The notes below the pieces were generated by a model. It was not told where the DNA came from, ran no database searches, and saw only the letters and a program-made list of their open reading frames with translations. The translations under genes were made by a program, and so were the position numbers. DNA of 63,959 nt, filler included, from Neolecta irregularis DAH-3 (Eukaryota): the NCBI GenBank assembly GCA_001929475.1. It is 10 parts of 10 records of this genome, joined end to end, with 100 filler letters (N's around TTAATTAATTAA, not from the genome) between each part and the next. Parts side by side here need not be neighbours in the genome. Positions count along the whole stretch, not along the records: positions 35,202 to 46,474 come from LXFE01000859.1; positions 46,575 to 48,516 come from LXFE01000862.1; positions 48,617 to 52,051 come from LXFE01000863.1; positions 52,152 to 54,973 come from LXFE01000869.1; positions 55,074 to 61,695 come from LXFE01000870.1; 5 more parts are not named here. One strand, written 5' to 3'. Of this stretch, positions 42,013-55,415 are shown in pieces. Position 1 is the first letter of the stretch, and every line of letters starts with the position of its first letter.

Positions 42013-44158
42013 TCATGTCCTGTGCTTTTTAATTCCAGATTTCGCTTTAATCTATGCTATTAGTTCGATAGCGCAAAGGCGGTTTACAGAGTTGACTAAA
42101 TCCTTCAATTCTCCAATTTTAGGTACGTCCATTTCCATAATCTTTCGGTGTTTTTTCTGCTTTGGACGTTCCTCAGTAACATCCTCGTCCCTCATATTTT
42201 CCATCCTCCTTCTGCGTTCAGAAAGGATGTTATCCATGGCCTCGGTCTTCTTGAATCTGGGATTTGTGGGATCAATGGCATAATTTGGATCTTGATAAAC
42301 GGCTGTAAATCTCAGGTCTTGAACATCGATTTTAAAGTTCTCTTGTAGTCCTTCTGTGACTGCCTTTCCGTGTCTCTTTTTGAATCTCTTTTGTTTTTCA
42401 GATTTCAGGATTGCTTTCATATCGAAATGTGCTGAATTATTCTTTAAAGAGTCGTTTTCATCCATCATAATCAATTCTAGCTCTGCGCGGCGAATGTCGT
42501 CTTCCTCAATATGTTTTTTGCTATCCTTTTTCTTTTGTTTTGTTTTCGATGATTTTGCTAATGGTAAGTTTACAGAACGACAAGGTGGAGAAACCGTCGA
42601 TATTAAAGAACGGATCTTCAAACCCTAGATCTGCCACTTGTTTACTTTCCTCTTCGTTTACAGTCTCCCCGACTTCTTCAGTCCGATTCTTTTGTTTCCT
42701 CATCTTGCGTTCCTTCTCTTTTCTTCTATACCTTTCCAAAGTAGTCTCCTCTTTCGAATTTTCTGCAGTATCTAAAGTTTTCTCCGGTGGGGAAGTGTTT
42801 TCAGAAAACGCTGGAGCAAAAGTAATTTCCATTTCACCCTCGATATTATCATCGCCTTCGCCTTCTTCGGGAGCATTGATGCCGTCCAACAGATCTCTAT
42901 ACCTTTTCTTCGAGGCTTCCCGTTCGATTGCGTCAGAATCGCTATCACTCGAGGCAAGATAGTCTCGCAGATCCATATCCGCCTGTTCCTGTTGTGAGAA
43001 TGCCTTTTTCGTAATATTAACGCGTTGGGGATCATCGTTATCCCAAGTAAGCTTTACTTTTGTATGTTGAAGTGCCTACATTTTAGAGTCATCATTCCTT
43101 AAGACACAAACATCTGTAACGAATTCAGTAGGAGAATAATCTTGAGGAAGATGGGAGGATTGGTCTCGAATTTCTGACTCAGAAAATTCAGTGTCATCCG
43201 GAATAAAACGTATATCAAAAAAGTTGGCGCTGTTTTCATATTCTGCACCATCACACGCATCGTAAATGTGTTTGGCTGTAATCTCGTTGTCACATTCAAC
43301 AACAGCATAGTAATACCTTTGTATTGTCAGTACTTTTTATAGACAAAAACCAAACCTTAGTCTTTCCAACTGGTATTTTCGTAGTTTTTGAAAATCGTAC
43401 TCTTCGTCGTTACCTTCTTCGATAAGATCTTTGATTGTGATTTCTTTATCTTCGATTTCAGCAGTATTTTCACTCCCATAATCCTCATCCTTGAGGTCTT
43501 TGAATATTTCTCTTGGGGGACCTTGCTGGTCCTCTTGTGCCATTCGGTCTTTTCCAAATTCACTGGGAAAGATTTGCACCCGAATGATTTTGCCGTTTAC
43601 TGGCTTGAAGCTTTGCAAAACCGCAAGCAAATCAACTGATTTCACATTGTCCCAATCCAAATTAACAACGGCAAACCGTCTTGAAGCATCTCCTAATGGA
43701 ATTTGGCATTCATCCGCAAATGGTTCAGCGAGTTCTCTATTTTCAAGTGCTTCCTCGATTTCGGCATCCAGTTCTTCATCAGAAGAAACTTCATCGCCAG
43801 ATGCAAGCAGTCCTTCCCCTCGAGCTGGATCATAGACAGGCTCTTCTTCATCATCGTCCATCCGGTAGAATTTTCTTATCTCAGTTGCGCCTTTGTTTTT
43901 TTCAATTTTGCGTCCATATCTATCCACCTTTGCTGTTTTATGAGCCTCTAAAACAAAAAGAAAACTTGTACGTCCGTCTGCAAAGTCCTTTTCCCGCAAC
44001 ATATGTTTAAACCGATCATCGACAGCGAATTTAATGTCTTTGCGTTTCGGCTTTGCGAATCTTGGATCGCTATGAACAACTGAAAATCTGGGATCATCTG
44101 TGACCGGCACCTTTGCAGCATCTCTTGTCTTGCTATTTCTTTCCGCGACACCAGACAT
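42013..44158 (-). CDS. ESF1: Pre-rRNA processing protein Esf1
   Basis: DPRFS.VHSDPRF, VDRYGR, RFAVVNLDWDNVKSVDL, FPSEFGKDRM, LRKYQLERLRYYYAV, NUC153 motif DPNYAIDPTNPRFKKT. Confidence 0.96.
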
Positions 44159-44259
44159 TTGGTTTCGTGGTTTTTTAGTTTAAAAACAAATCTTATTGTG
44201 GAGGTCGCACGTGTATAACCCCATTTTTAACCCCGATCCAATTAAAGTTCAATACTCGA

Positions 44260-46431
44260 ATGAGTACCTTGCCGTTTTTGCCTCGTCTTAGCCAATTTAC
44301 ATCTGCAAAAACATTTCCACCAAAACCTGTTCGAAGATATGCAGCACAGCCTTTTTATCCACCGAGAACTCGCATCCAAAAGATGCTAAAGACTTCGAAG
44401 CGATTCGTCGGATACGGTTCTGCATTTATTGTTGTTTCTGTCGCAGGACTATTTGTATACGATGCGTGCACATATCCGGGATCCAGAAATTTTCCGGTTC
44501 CGATAAATCCACTTGCATTGAATCCAAGGACTGGAGGACCAAAGAACTTGCCGATTGCAGAGCTCCTCCTAGACGATGTCAACGACGAAGATGTCAAAAA
44601 ACAGAAACTGGTCATTCTGGGATCTGGATTTGCAGTATAAATACTGGCTGAAAACCCCAATTGACGCATAGGCAATTTCGTTGGCAAAGACTTTGGATGC
44701 GGGAAAATATCACGTCGTTCTGATATCCCCGTCAAATTACTTTTTATTCACTCCATTGCTTCCAAGTGCTACTGTTGGGACAGTAGAACCGCGGTATAAA
44801 CTCGAGAATATTCTGCATTTTTACTGTCTAGGTCAATCATCGAGCCCGTTCGAAAGATCGTCAATCGATGCTTAGGTCACTATCTCGAGGCATCCGCACT
44901 CGGCGTTGAGTTGAAGGATCGTCTAGTCGAGGTTGTTAGTTATCATGAAGGCAAAGAACGCAGATTCTATGTTCCCTACGATAAACTCGTTATTTCAGTC
45001 GGTGCACAAAGCAACACTCATGGTGTTCCTGGTCTTGAGAACTGCTATTTCTTGAAGACTTTGCCTGATGCAATTCGCATGAGAAAACGAATTATGGGCA
45101 ATTTTGAAAAGGTAAAAATGATCTGCATGGTTGGTACTACAATATAGGCATGTCTACCGACGACAAGCCCCAAAGAACGTAAGAAACTACTCAGCTTTGT
45201 GGTTTGTGGTGCTGGTCCTACCGGTGTTGAATTTGCAGCCGAGTTACATGATATGGTCAAAGAAGATCTAGTCAACTTTGTATGTTGCTGCATTTCCAAC
45301 TACCGGCCTGACATCAGTTTCCAAAACTTCTAAGACAACATCTTTCTATTCATATAATCCAGTCTCAAGATCACATTCTAAACACTTACGATGAGAAAAT
45401 TAGCAAGTACGCCGAGTCCAAATTTGTCAAGGAGGGAATTGATCTGATAACAAATGCTCGAGTCAAAGAAGTCCAAGACGACCGCGTAATTTATACTCAA
45501 AAGCAGCAGAATGGGCAAATTATCGAGAAAGAAGTCGAAGCGGGTGCTATCTTATGGTCAACTGGTCTCGGTAAGTTCGTGCTACGAGTACATGTCATGA
45601 TACTTTAGCCTTAACGCCCCTCACACATTCAATCGTCTCTTCAATCCCAGAGCAGAGGAATAAAAAAGCCATAGAAACGGATTCTCATCTACGTGTTCTC
45701 GGAGCTCCAAGTGGCGAAGTCTACGCTATAGGTGATTGTGCCACAGTCCAAAATAATATTTCATCCCGTCTGGTTCATCTTCTTCAAAGTATAAATGCTG
45801 CCGATGGAGAAGACTCTAAAGTACAACTATCGTTCCAGCAATGGCGAAATTTAGCCGAGAGGGCGAGAAGGAAATTTCCTCAGGCCTCAGTTCATTTACA
45901 GAGACTGGATAAATTATTTTTACAATATGATAAAGATAACTCGGGAACATTGGATATGAAGGAACTTGAGGCATTATTCAACCACATCGATCGAAAGTTG
46001 ACTAGTTTGCCAACAACTGCACAAAGAGGGTCACAACAGTACGTCTTGTCACATGTAATCTAAACTAACGTTGTAGAGGGTAACTATTCCAAGCCCCTTC
46101 AAGACTGACGATAAGTAAATACCTCGGGAAGAAACTCAACAAGCTTGCCGACGCCCAAATTAATATAGATCCCACCCAATTCTATGACGGAGATCTCGAT
46201 GATACAATCTACAAACCCTTTGATTTTCACAATCTCGGAAGTCTGGCGTATCTTGGCGATGCAGCAGCCTATGATTCTGGCACAGGAACTACTTTTGCTG
46301 GAGGTTTATTAGCGATGTATCTATGGAGATCAGTCTACTGGAGTGAACAAATATCTTTCCGAACTCGATGTTTGCTAGCTGTCGACTGGATGAAGCGAAG
46401 TATTTGGGGGAGAGACCTATCAAAGTTTTAA
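44260..46431 (+). CDS. Type II (alternative) mitochondrial NADH dehydrogenase with EF-hand insertion
   Basis: [48 protein letters not shown]-hand [25 protein letters not shown]. Confidence 0.94.
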
Positions 46432-46574
46432 ACTTTTTTGCAATACAGATGGTGACCTTCACATATCTACATTANNNNNNNNNNNNNNNNNNNNNNNNNN
46501 NNNNNNNNNNNNNNNNNNTTAATTAATTAANNNNNNNNNNNNNNNNNNNNNNNNNNNNNNNNNNNNNNNNNNNN

Positions 46575-47033
46575 TGATTTGGCTATTTGGCAAATATTTG
46601 AATTTGGTTTATTGTCGTTTGATTTGTTAGGAACACTGGGGGAATGTAGAGGGACACAAGTACTAGAAAGTAAATCATATAGAAATCTTTATGAACATAT
46701 CAATGCTTAGAGTCTGGGAATAATCACTGTTTTACAATCTACTACTACAAAGTCTAGATAGTATCTCAAGTTCTTAATGTATAACACTTTGGCATTGGAA
46801 AGTTCTTGTCGGGAAAATAGTAGTCACATGATGTGCGTGGACTGGACCGGACCCTCAGGAAGGTCCTTGGGCTAGACTTTCCAAAAAGTCCGTGGACTTT
46901 GGTCTATCCGAAACACTGGACCGACTTGACATTTGGTCTGGTCCGTCTAGACCAATTTTAGCATCAGTCTGGTCTGGTCTATATAGACCGTCTAGACCGA
47001 CCGTCGATTTGGTCTAGTCGATTGCGAACACTG
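46575..47033. mobile_element. Cluster of nested hAT-like ends
   Basis: Three AACACTG termini (46638, 46918, 47033) preceded by ATTTGG or GGTCT/AGACC subterminal repeats. Confidence 0.55.
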
Positions 47034-47319
47034 GTCTTCAAGACTCAGAAATGGAAATAGATTAAATATTAATACAGTCAGCTAAACTATAGAGAAGACA
47101 GCCCATATTTATAGCAGCAGGCTGGTAACAAACCGGAAAGAGCAGAGTGACAAAATAGGAGAACGTGAAAACAGGAAATTACTGAGGTAGAAAAACGGGA
47201 GCAGTCAATGGCCAGTAGCCTACCACCCCGGAAGAAGAGATAAAATAGATAACTGAAATAAGAAAAGGAAATACCCGCCATCATCATCCTGGATCCAGTC
47301 AAGGAGAAAAAGGGACAGG

Positions 47320-48432
47320 TCAGTACATCATCATAATTTGACAGACTTCTTCATCCCTAGGCGTTTTCGTTGGGGGGAACTTGTACTGCACGTACTGATC
47401 AATCTTGTATACGGAGTACTCGATGATATCCTGCAACGAAAAATCACCATTCTGCAGTCCTAAATCCTGCTCGATTTTAGGAGCGATGCGTTTCGCAATA
47501 GCCGTAATAACAAAATCTGTCGCGACGAATGGAATCCCGAATTGAAGTTGTACGGTGAGGCAGAGGCCGGGTTTGATCGCCTGCTTAAATACCCCGCTGT
47601 ACAAATTTAATATCCAGTCCTTGGCCTTGAAAAGCCATCCAAGACCCCATCTATTGCCTGCTTCCTTGATTTCAGTTTTCTTCTCCAGCTGCCTTTCTCG
47701 CATCAACTGCTCGATTTGAGCTACGGCTTGGAATTCAGCTTCTGGGATTGGGTTCACGAGAACCCAGCCGGAATCTTCTCTTTCATATATTTCCTCAAGG
47801 GTTTGATCGAGTAGTTGGATTTTCTCCGGTAAAAGCTCCTTTCTTACTTTATCCACCAAGGATATGGTATTGATGTTGGCTTGCTCCATAATTTCGGGGA
47901 ATGATAAATCGTATTCCACTGGTATTTCAGCTTGGACATTCTTCTGAATTTCGGGGGATGATAAATCATCACCCAAACTGGAAATCTTAGGTATTCCCGC
48001 CAGTGTATTCTTCAAAGTTCCAGCTAGGGCATTCTTCAAAATTCAGATGACTTTTAAATCCCAACTAACCTTAATTTTCCTGATCTTGTAGTACGCCAAT
48101 CCGTAGAAAGATAACTCACCTGCAGCATAGGTGATTGGCGTAAGGTTCACAGCTGATCCTTCATTAAATAGGTAGCACTTGTAGAAATCTAATCCATCCT
48201 CATCAAATACCGAAAGGAAAGAACCACACAAAAAGTCCGTGACGCAGTGTTTAGCACAGGCTTCCTCGCGTCGGCTGCTTTTTTCTTCCTTGAGAGGGAC
48301 AATATGAGACGGTTGCAAGAGTTTGGGATCTACTGTGCTGGGGGGCATCGGATCCTTATCAAATTTGTCAAGATACAATGTTGCAAAGGAAAGCTTTCCA
48401 CACAAGGCGATGAGCAAAAAGATCGACAACAT
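47320..48432 (-). CDS. Putative secreted protein with PAN/apple-like Cys motif
   Basis: Signal-like MLSIFLLIALCGKLSFA; EEACAKHCVTDFLCGSF...CYLF; 36-nt GT-AG intron near 48034-48069 joins the two ORFs in frame. Confidence 0.7.
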
Positions 48433-48729
48433 GGTTCGCGATAAATTGAAAAAGATTTAGGGCGGGCTCCTTGCCCTTAAGTAATATTCTACAATCTGAA
48501 AAGTGCAAATGGCTGANNNNNNNNNNNNNNNNNNNNNNNNNNNNNNNNNNNNNNNNNNNNTTAATTAATTAANNNNNNNNNNNNNNNNNNNNNNNNNNNN
48601 NNNNNNNNNNNNNNNNGTAACTAAGTCAGAGCACCCAACCCAAGTCTCAACCAGCACCACATACCGACGAGTGTGCTGACACCAAACATCGGCTCTCAAT
48701 TTAAGGTTTTACGAGAATTGAGACTTATA

Positions 48730-49302
48730 CAGTCAAACCTGGATATAATGAATGTGGCTTGGCAGCGTTTTCAGTTCGTTAAAACGAGGATTCGTTGTAT
48801 GGAGAGGAAATAAACAAGATCCAAGCAAACTGTGGGACTTAATCATGCCCCACGATCAGACACCGGCGCCCCGCATTGCAAGCCACCATGACTCACCCAA
48901 CGCAAGACCACTGACGTCGAAGCCCATTAAAGCAGCCTGACTGTGGCAAGCAGTACCACCGAGCCAAGTCAAGACGATTACTAGGCAGGGAGACAAACAG
49001 AGATGAAGGAAGCACATGTGCCAGTTCTATAAGTAGGGCCTGGCTTGATTAGCAAGCCAGGCCAAACCGGAACAATAATATACGTAGTTGCCTTTTCTAC
49101 TGAATCGCGATCGTATACCCACACTGGTGGTATGCAGAGCAATCTTTGCTCGTTTATAATGAAGGGCATTTCATGTATTTTTAATACGAACTTTGCATTA
49201 ATCTAACAAACTTTGATGGTTTAAATTCGTTAAACCCCATACAGATCAATTTTGGCCGAGTTGGATTCGTTATACGGATGTTCCCTATAGCTAGGTTGAC
49301 TG
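48730..49302. mobile_element. pogo/Tigger-like (Tc1-mariner) MITE
   Basis: TA|CAGTCAAACCTGGATATA at left and TATAGCTAGGTTGACTG|TA at right (imperfect TIRs, TA flanks); subterminal TTCGTT motifs; no transposase ORF. Confidence 0.6.
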
Positions 49303-50211
49303 TAATTTCAAACTTAATATCTAGACATCTCGAGCAAGCCTCAACACAGGTAACCGTTGTTGAGTCTAAAGAGCAAGTCATTTAATCCCGCAATTTCTGC
49401 TTTGTCGATAATCGGCAAGATTTGACAAATCCACCTTGTTATTGAGAAATTTATGGTTCTGAATCATTCTTGCATAATATTGATCCGTTTGTCTGTAAAT
49501 CAAAGAGCGTATAGGATACGATAGGGGACCCAAATTGAACCCTTCTGAACGAAAGCAACTCGGGACTATATGCGACATCTCTGCCACGAAGCAATCGCAG
49601 AGCAAGCTCTTAAACCTATGGGTAATGCTGTCATTTACCGGTAAAGGACGCCGTCTTTGACACTTTCCCAAGTCCTTGATAATGCATTCATTCCATTTAC
49701 GTCATCTTTGATATACGCAGCTCTAAACAAACGATGTAGTGAGTGCCAGACAAATAGTCTGAAACCAGGACATTTTCCAGTAATATAGATCGATTAAACA
49801 GCTCATTAGATTAGCCATGATGTTTATTTCAATGACTGGGTAGCATCCAGAATTTGTGATGGCAGGTCAGTAAAGATTGTCAAGTTAACTCCATGTCTCG
49901 ATATTCCAGCGCAGCGTCGTATTTAACCTATCTATTAGAAAATCTTCAGATTAAGTAATAAAAGGCGATGTCCATCAGATACCGTAGTAGTCTATATTAT
50001 GCCGTCACCATCTCAAGATTCCAGCAAATTTTCGAAAACATCATATGGACAGAAAGAATAAGACATACCGTTGAAAATGGAGAAATAGATGGAGAAAATG
50101 TTGGCAAGTGGTAGGGAATCATTTTAAATGGTACCGGTATGTCCGCAAATTAGGCAAACAGTCACTTTAATCTCTCCACCAGTTTCCGACGCATAGCCTT
50201 CCACCACGAAA

Positions 50212-51394
<1,183 letters not shown>

Positions 51395-51437
51395 ATTGGT
51401 ATTTTATGTAGTCTCCAATGTATCTGGGGACATTGCC

Positions 51438-51484
51438 CATGATACGAATATCATTGATACGAATATCATTGATACGATTATCAT
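51438..51484. repeat. 15-bp tandem repeat GATACGAATATCATT (~3 copies)
   Basis: Direct repeats 3' of RPL4. Confidence 0.7.
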
Positions 51485-51899
51485 GCCATAATACGTGATG
51501 AGATTATTTAATACGTTGATGTGATTATATCAGAAATAATACGTGGATCCATGTAAAATAAATTATCATATACCATTTCAATACTGTACAACATGAAGGC
51601 CTAATCAGGCAGGGTGCCTATTTGTCAGCGCGGTGTTCCATGGATGCATACAGGGACATTGTTTATTCCGATTTAACAGGGGTGGATAGATGGTGATATA
51701 CCAAGATCAGCAACATTGCGGAGACGCCCTAATATTAGACAGAAAATAATATTAGGTACGAGAGAAGTTGCGATGAAATTGAGTTGGATATCGGAGATCA
51801 TGGTGGGGATGAGGTCAACCTGACTAGTTTATATCTTGATCTGATATTTAGGAATATCGATAGTCACAGGATAATCGCATGTACTCGATTCAATGCTCG

Positions 51900-52051
51900 A
51901 TACATAAATAGAATAAATAGAAGAAACGAATAGATACAAATAAATAGAAATGATGAAATAAACGTGAAATAACGATGAATAAACGTGAAATAACGATGAA
52001 TAAACGATGAAATAACAAAGAGTAAACGATGAAATAACAAAGAGTAAACGA
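51900..52051. repeat. A-rich minisatellite (AAACG(T/A)TGAAATAAC-type units)
   Basis: Degenerate tandem units running into the gap. Confidence 0.75.
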
Positions 52052-52528
52052 NNNNNNNNNNNNNNNNNNNNNNNNNNNNNNNNNNNNNNNNNNNNTTAAT
52101 TAATTAANNNNNNNNNNNNNNNNNNNNNNNNNNNNNNNNNNNNNNNNNNNNCGTAAGATACGACACTGGGGCTAGTACTATAAGCCTTGTTGTATTTGTA
52201 CTTTGGAGTATCATAACATACATGTTCCCACAAGTCGAAACTCTGAGTCTTGCGGTATGGCACGCGGCAAATAGAGCGAGCCGCAGAAAGTGCCGGGCGG
52301 TGCTTGTTTGAGCATGTGGCTTGTGTTCCGCGGACACCAGCCACATGCGCCACATATACGGAGGGTTCGGATGTGTCTTCCGAAAAAAAGCCTGGATGGG
52401 GCGATGTGTTCGATGATTTGGGCCGCGCGGCCTGCCGGTGTCTCAGGGCGTCGTAGTTAATCTCCGTATCCGTCGCCCCCCTGGCCGGCGGGATATAAAC
52501 AAAACAGGTCCCGAGATCATGCACAATT

Positions 52529-53359
52529 ATGGCCAACTGGCGCCTTTCGCTCGGCTTTGCGTGGATCCCTGTAGCGACCCTCGGGATTTGGGTCGGCATG
52601 CTCGTCACAAGTGTTTCTGCCCTTCTTCGCGCCTAATCGATAGTGGCGATCTACTGGACCGCCGAGGGTCGTCCCAGCTACCAGTGGACGCCCCACAGCC
52701 TCGTCTTCATTTCAGACATTGGCCTCAAGTTGACACCCCTGTTCATCCCTTGTTGCTCGATCGTCGGTCTTGGTTTCGCCCTTACCTTGATGGCCGACAA
52801 GTATCTTCGACTCAAGAGCCATCTGGCCGGAACACAAGATCGCGCCGAACAAATCTTAGCTGCGCTAATCATCTTCTGCGGCGTCGTTGCTGCTATGACA
52901 CTGACCATGTTGCCATTTTACGATGACAAGTATCAAATGCACTGGGATTTTGCCTGTTCGTTCGTCGTAACAGTAACTTTCACCATCATCTTATCCATCA
53001 TCGAGTTCGGACGGCTATACAAATACAATCGAAAATGCAAGAGTCTGGTCATCTCTTGTATTTTTAAAGTATCCTTTCTAGTCGTCGCTTTTGGCATCAT
53101 CCTTACTGGGATCGTGTCATCCGACAATAGCAGTCGACGAGCCGTCATGGAATGGCTAGCAGCTTTCATCTTTGGATTGGTCCTGGCTACTATGATTTAT
53201 GATCTCTTGGAAGTTAGCAAGTGCCAGGAATCAGACTCCGACTTTAGTTTTGCCTCGTATGAAGAGCAGCAAAGTTTTGCAGAGAAAATGTCCAGTACTC
53301 CGAACTCCCCCCGGGATGGGGTCGGATGGATGTGTCGGAGTTTGCATCCCCGCACTTAG
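52529..53359 (+). CDS. Frag1/DRAM/Sfk1-family membrane protein
   Basis: WIPV...IWVGML..MAIYW..EGRPSY, VFISDIG..LTPLFI, MH..F, AVMEWLAAFIF; six hydrophobic segments; one intron. Confidence 0.85.
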
Positions 53360-53987
53360 GCTACATTTTGTAAACTATATTTTTGCCTGCATGTGTGGTG
53401 GGAGATTGAGAACGTGGTTTTGGAAGAAGGGGAGGTCCGAGAGGTGCGGGAAGGACTCTTGGGGGCGTTGTAAGAACATGGATCAGAGGAAGACCAGAAT
53501 AGATATCCTAATAGATTTACATGAGCCAAGTCATTGTAGAAAACCAAGGAAATGTATAATAATAGAAAACCCATCAGATAACTGCCATGATACTACATGT
53601 ATCATTTTCGTATAACATGGTCCCTCATATTTAATGAGCACAAGGTTTTCCGAGTTTGACGAAAAACGGTACTAAGAAAAGATTTCAGACGATCCACATA
53701 TCTCGTCGATGCGGGGAAAGACACGGATAATATCAATGTCGAAAACGTCCAAGATGAGATGTGAGATTATCGTTCCACTAAGACTCTATGCACAGTGTAT
53801 CCAACCGCCCGCCGAAGAGGTCTGAACCGCCCGCCCGCCGGAGTGGCGGGTCGGAAAGAAGGAACTGAGAAATAAAGTGTATAGCGTAGTATATTGTTTC
53901 AACACTAGTGTCAAGTATAAGCACATTTTTCTCCTGTTACAAGGAGTAGCTCCCTCACTCGAAGATACCGATGGGCTAAAATTCGAC

Positions 53988-54752
53988 ATGACGACGAAAC
54001 CGACTCTGCGAAAATCGCTCAAAGCCATCTTGAATACAGTCCCACAAGCGTCCATTCTAAACCAATGTATTTAATAGAGAAGAGAATCTTGACAAGCCTA
54101 TAGCGAAAACCGTAATGAAATGTTTGTTTAATTCGGTTTCTTTCGAATCGTATGATCATATATCTTGCTATCTTAGCATGGAGAAAGAGCTCCAGACTCT
54201 TGGGATCATCGAGAGACTTTTCTCAATGGGTACTTTCTATATTACTCCACACTTATGGATACGTAGGCAAAAAGGTCTATGTTCCTCACATCACCGGAGA
54301 TTATATGAAAATGGTGCCCTTATACTCTTCGGACTTGCAACATCTCAAGCGAGATAAATTGGGAATACCAGTACTCCCAACCAGAGAAGGTGAGAATGTT
54401 TTCTTTCCAACTTGAACAAAACAGCTGTTCAACCACACATTCTTGATTTGATCATCGTACCGGGCTTAGGGTTCGATATTGATTGTGGTCGACTAGGCTA
54501 TGGCAAAGGTTATTACGATCGATATTTCAGCTTGATCTTGGAGGAATGTCAGAATTGGGGAAAGAGGAAACCGGCATTCGGTAATCTCTAGGTAAGCTTG
54601 ACGCTCACATGGGAGTTGGTGTTGGACTGCTGGAACAGATCGTTGACGAAGTACCGATGGAAGCTACAGACTGGAGATTGGACGGCCTTATCATTGGAGA
54701 TGGACGTCTTCATTCAAGGGATCCTTTAGCTCCTATAACAGATACTAGGTGA
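53988..54752 (+). CDS. FAU1: 5-formyltetrahydrofolate cyclo-ligase
   Basis: KPTLRK, ISCYLSMEKELQT, KVYVP, LDLIIVPGLGFD..GRLGYGKGYYD, VPMEATDWRLD. Confidence 0.92.
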
Positions 54753-55415
54753 TATCGAGATATTTAGGATTCCAGAATGAGGCCTTTTGTAAGGATACAG
54801 GGTATATTACCAATTATGCACAGAGCGGGGAGAAACGAGTCATAGAAATCTTTATTGAAAAATCGTCCACTTGAAAAAGCTAACTCGGAGCGTACATAAA
54901 CATTTAAACCAAAACAAGAAACCTCTGACCTTTTATAACATACATTTAAGTATTATTAATGGCGTGTAATGATNNNNNNNNNNNNNNNNNNNNNNNNNNN
55001 NNNNNNNNNNNNNNNNNTTAATTAATTAANNNNNNNNNNNNNNNNNNNNNNNNNNNNNNNNNNNNNNNNNNNNCATAGGTGGTGGTGAGGTTGGTGGAGG
55101 ACGGTCACAGATTTGGTGGTGAAGTTGGGCGATTCCACAAGTGGGACAGAACACGCGCGTTTGGTGCACCACTTTCTTGGAATAATTTTCGCTGTCTTTC
55201 CAAATTCTTCAAAAAAGAAATAGCAGGTGGACGCTGTTTTTTCTTTTTTCGTGATGACACCTGAGAGGAGAAATCGCAAGGTCCCTCTCCCACACAACAC
55301 CCACAACATAAATTGGAAAATCTTTTCAATACCAAAAATTCTACTCATGGACTATGAGGAGTTACAAAAAAGGATAACAATTCAAAAGCAACACCGCGCC
55401 GAACTTGGTGTAAAA

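Noticed and set aside
53792-53908. GC-rich AACCGCCCGCC repeats between CAGTGT and AACACTA as an ncRNA or MITE
   Set aside because: No TSD, no second copy in the window, no recognisable RNA family features
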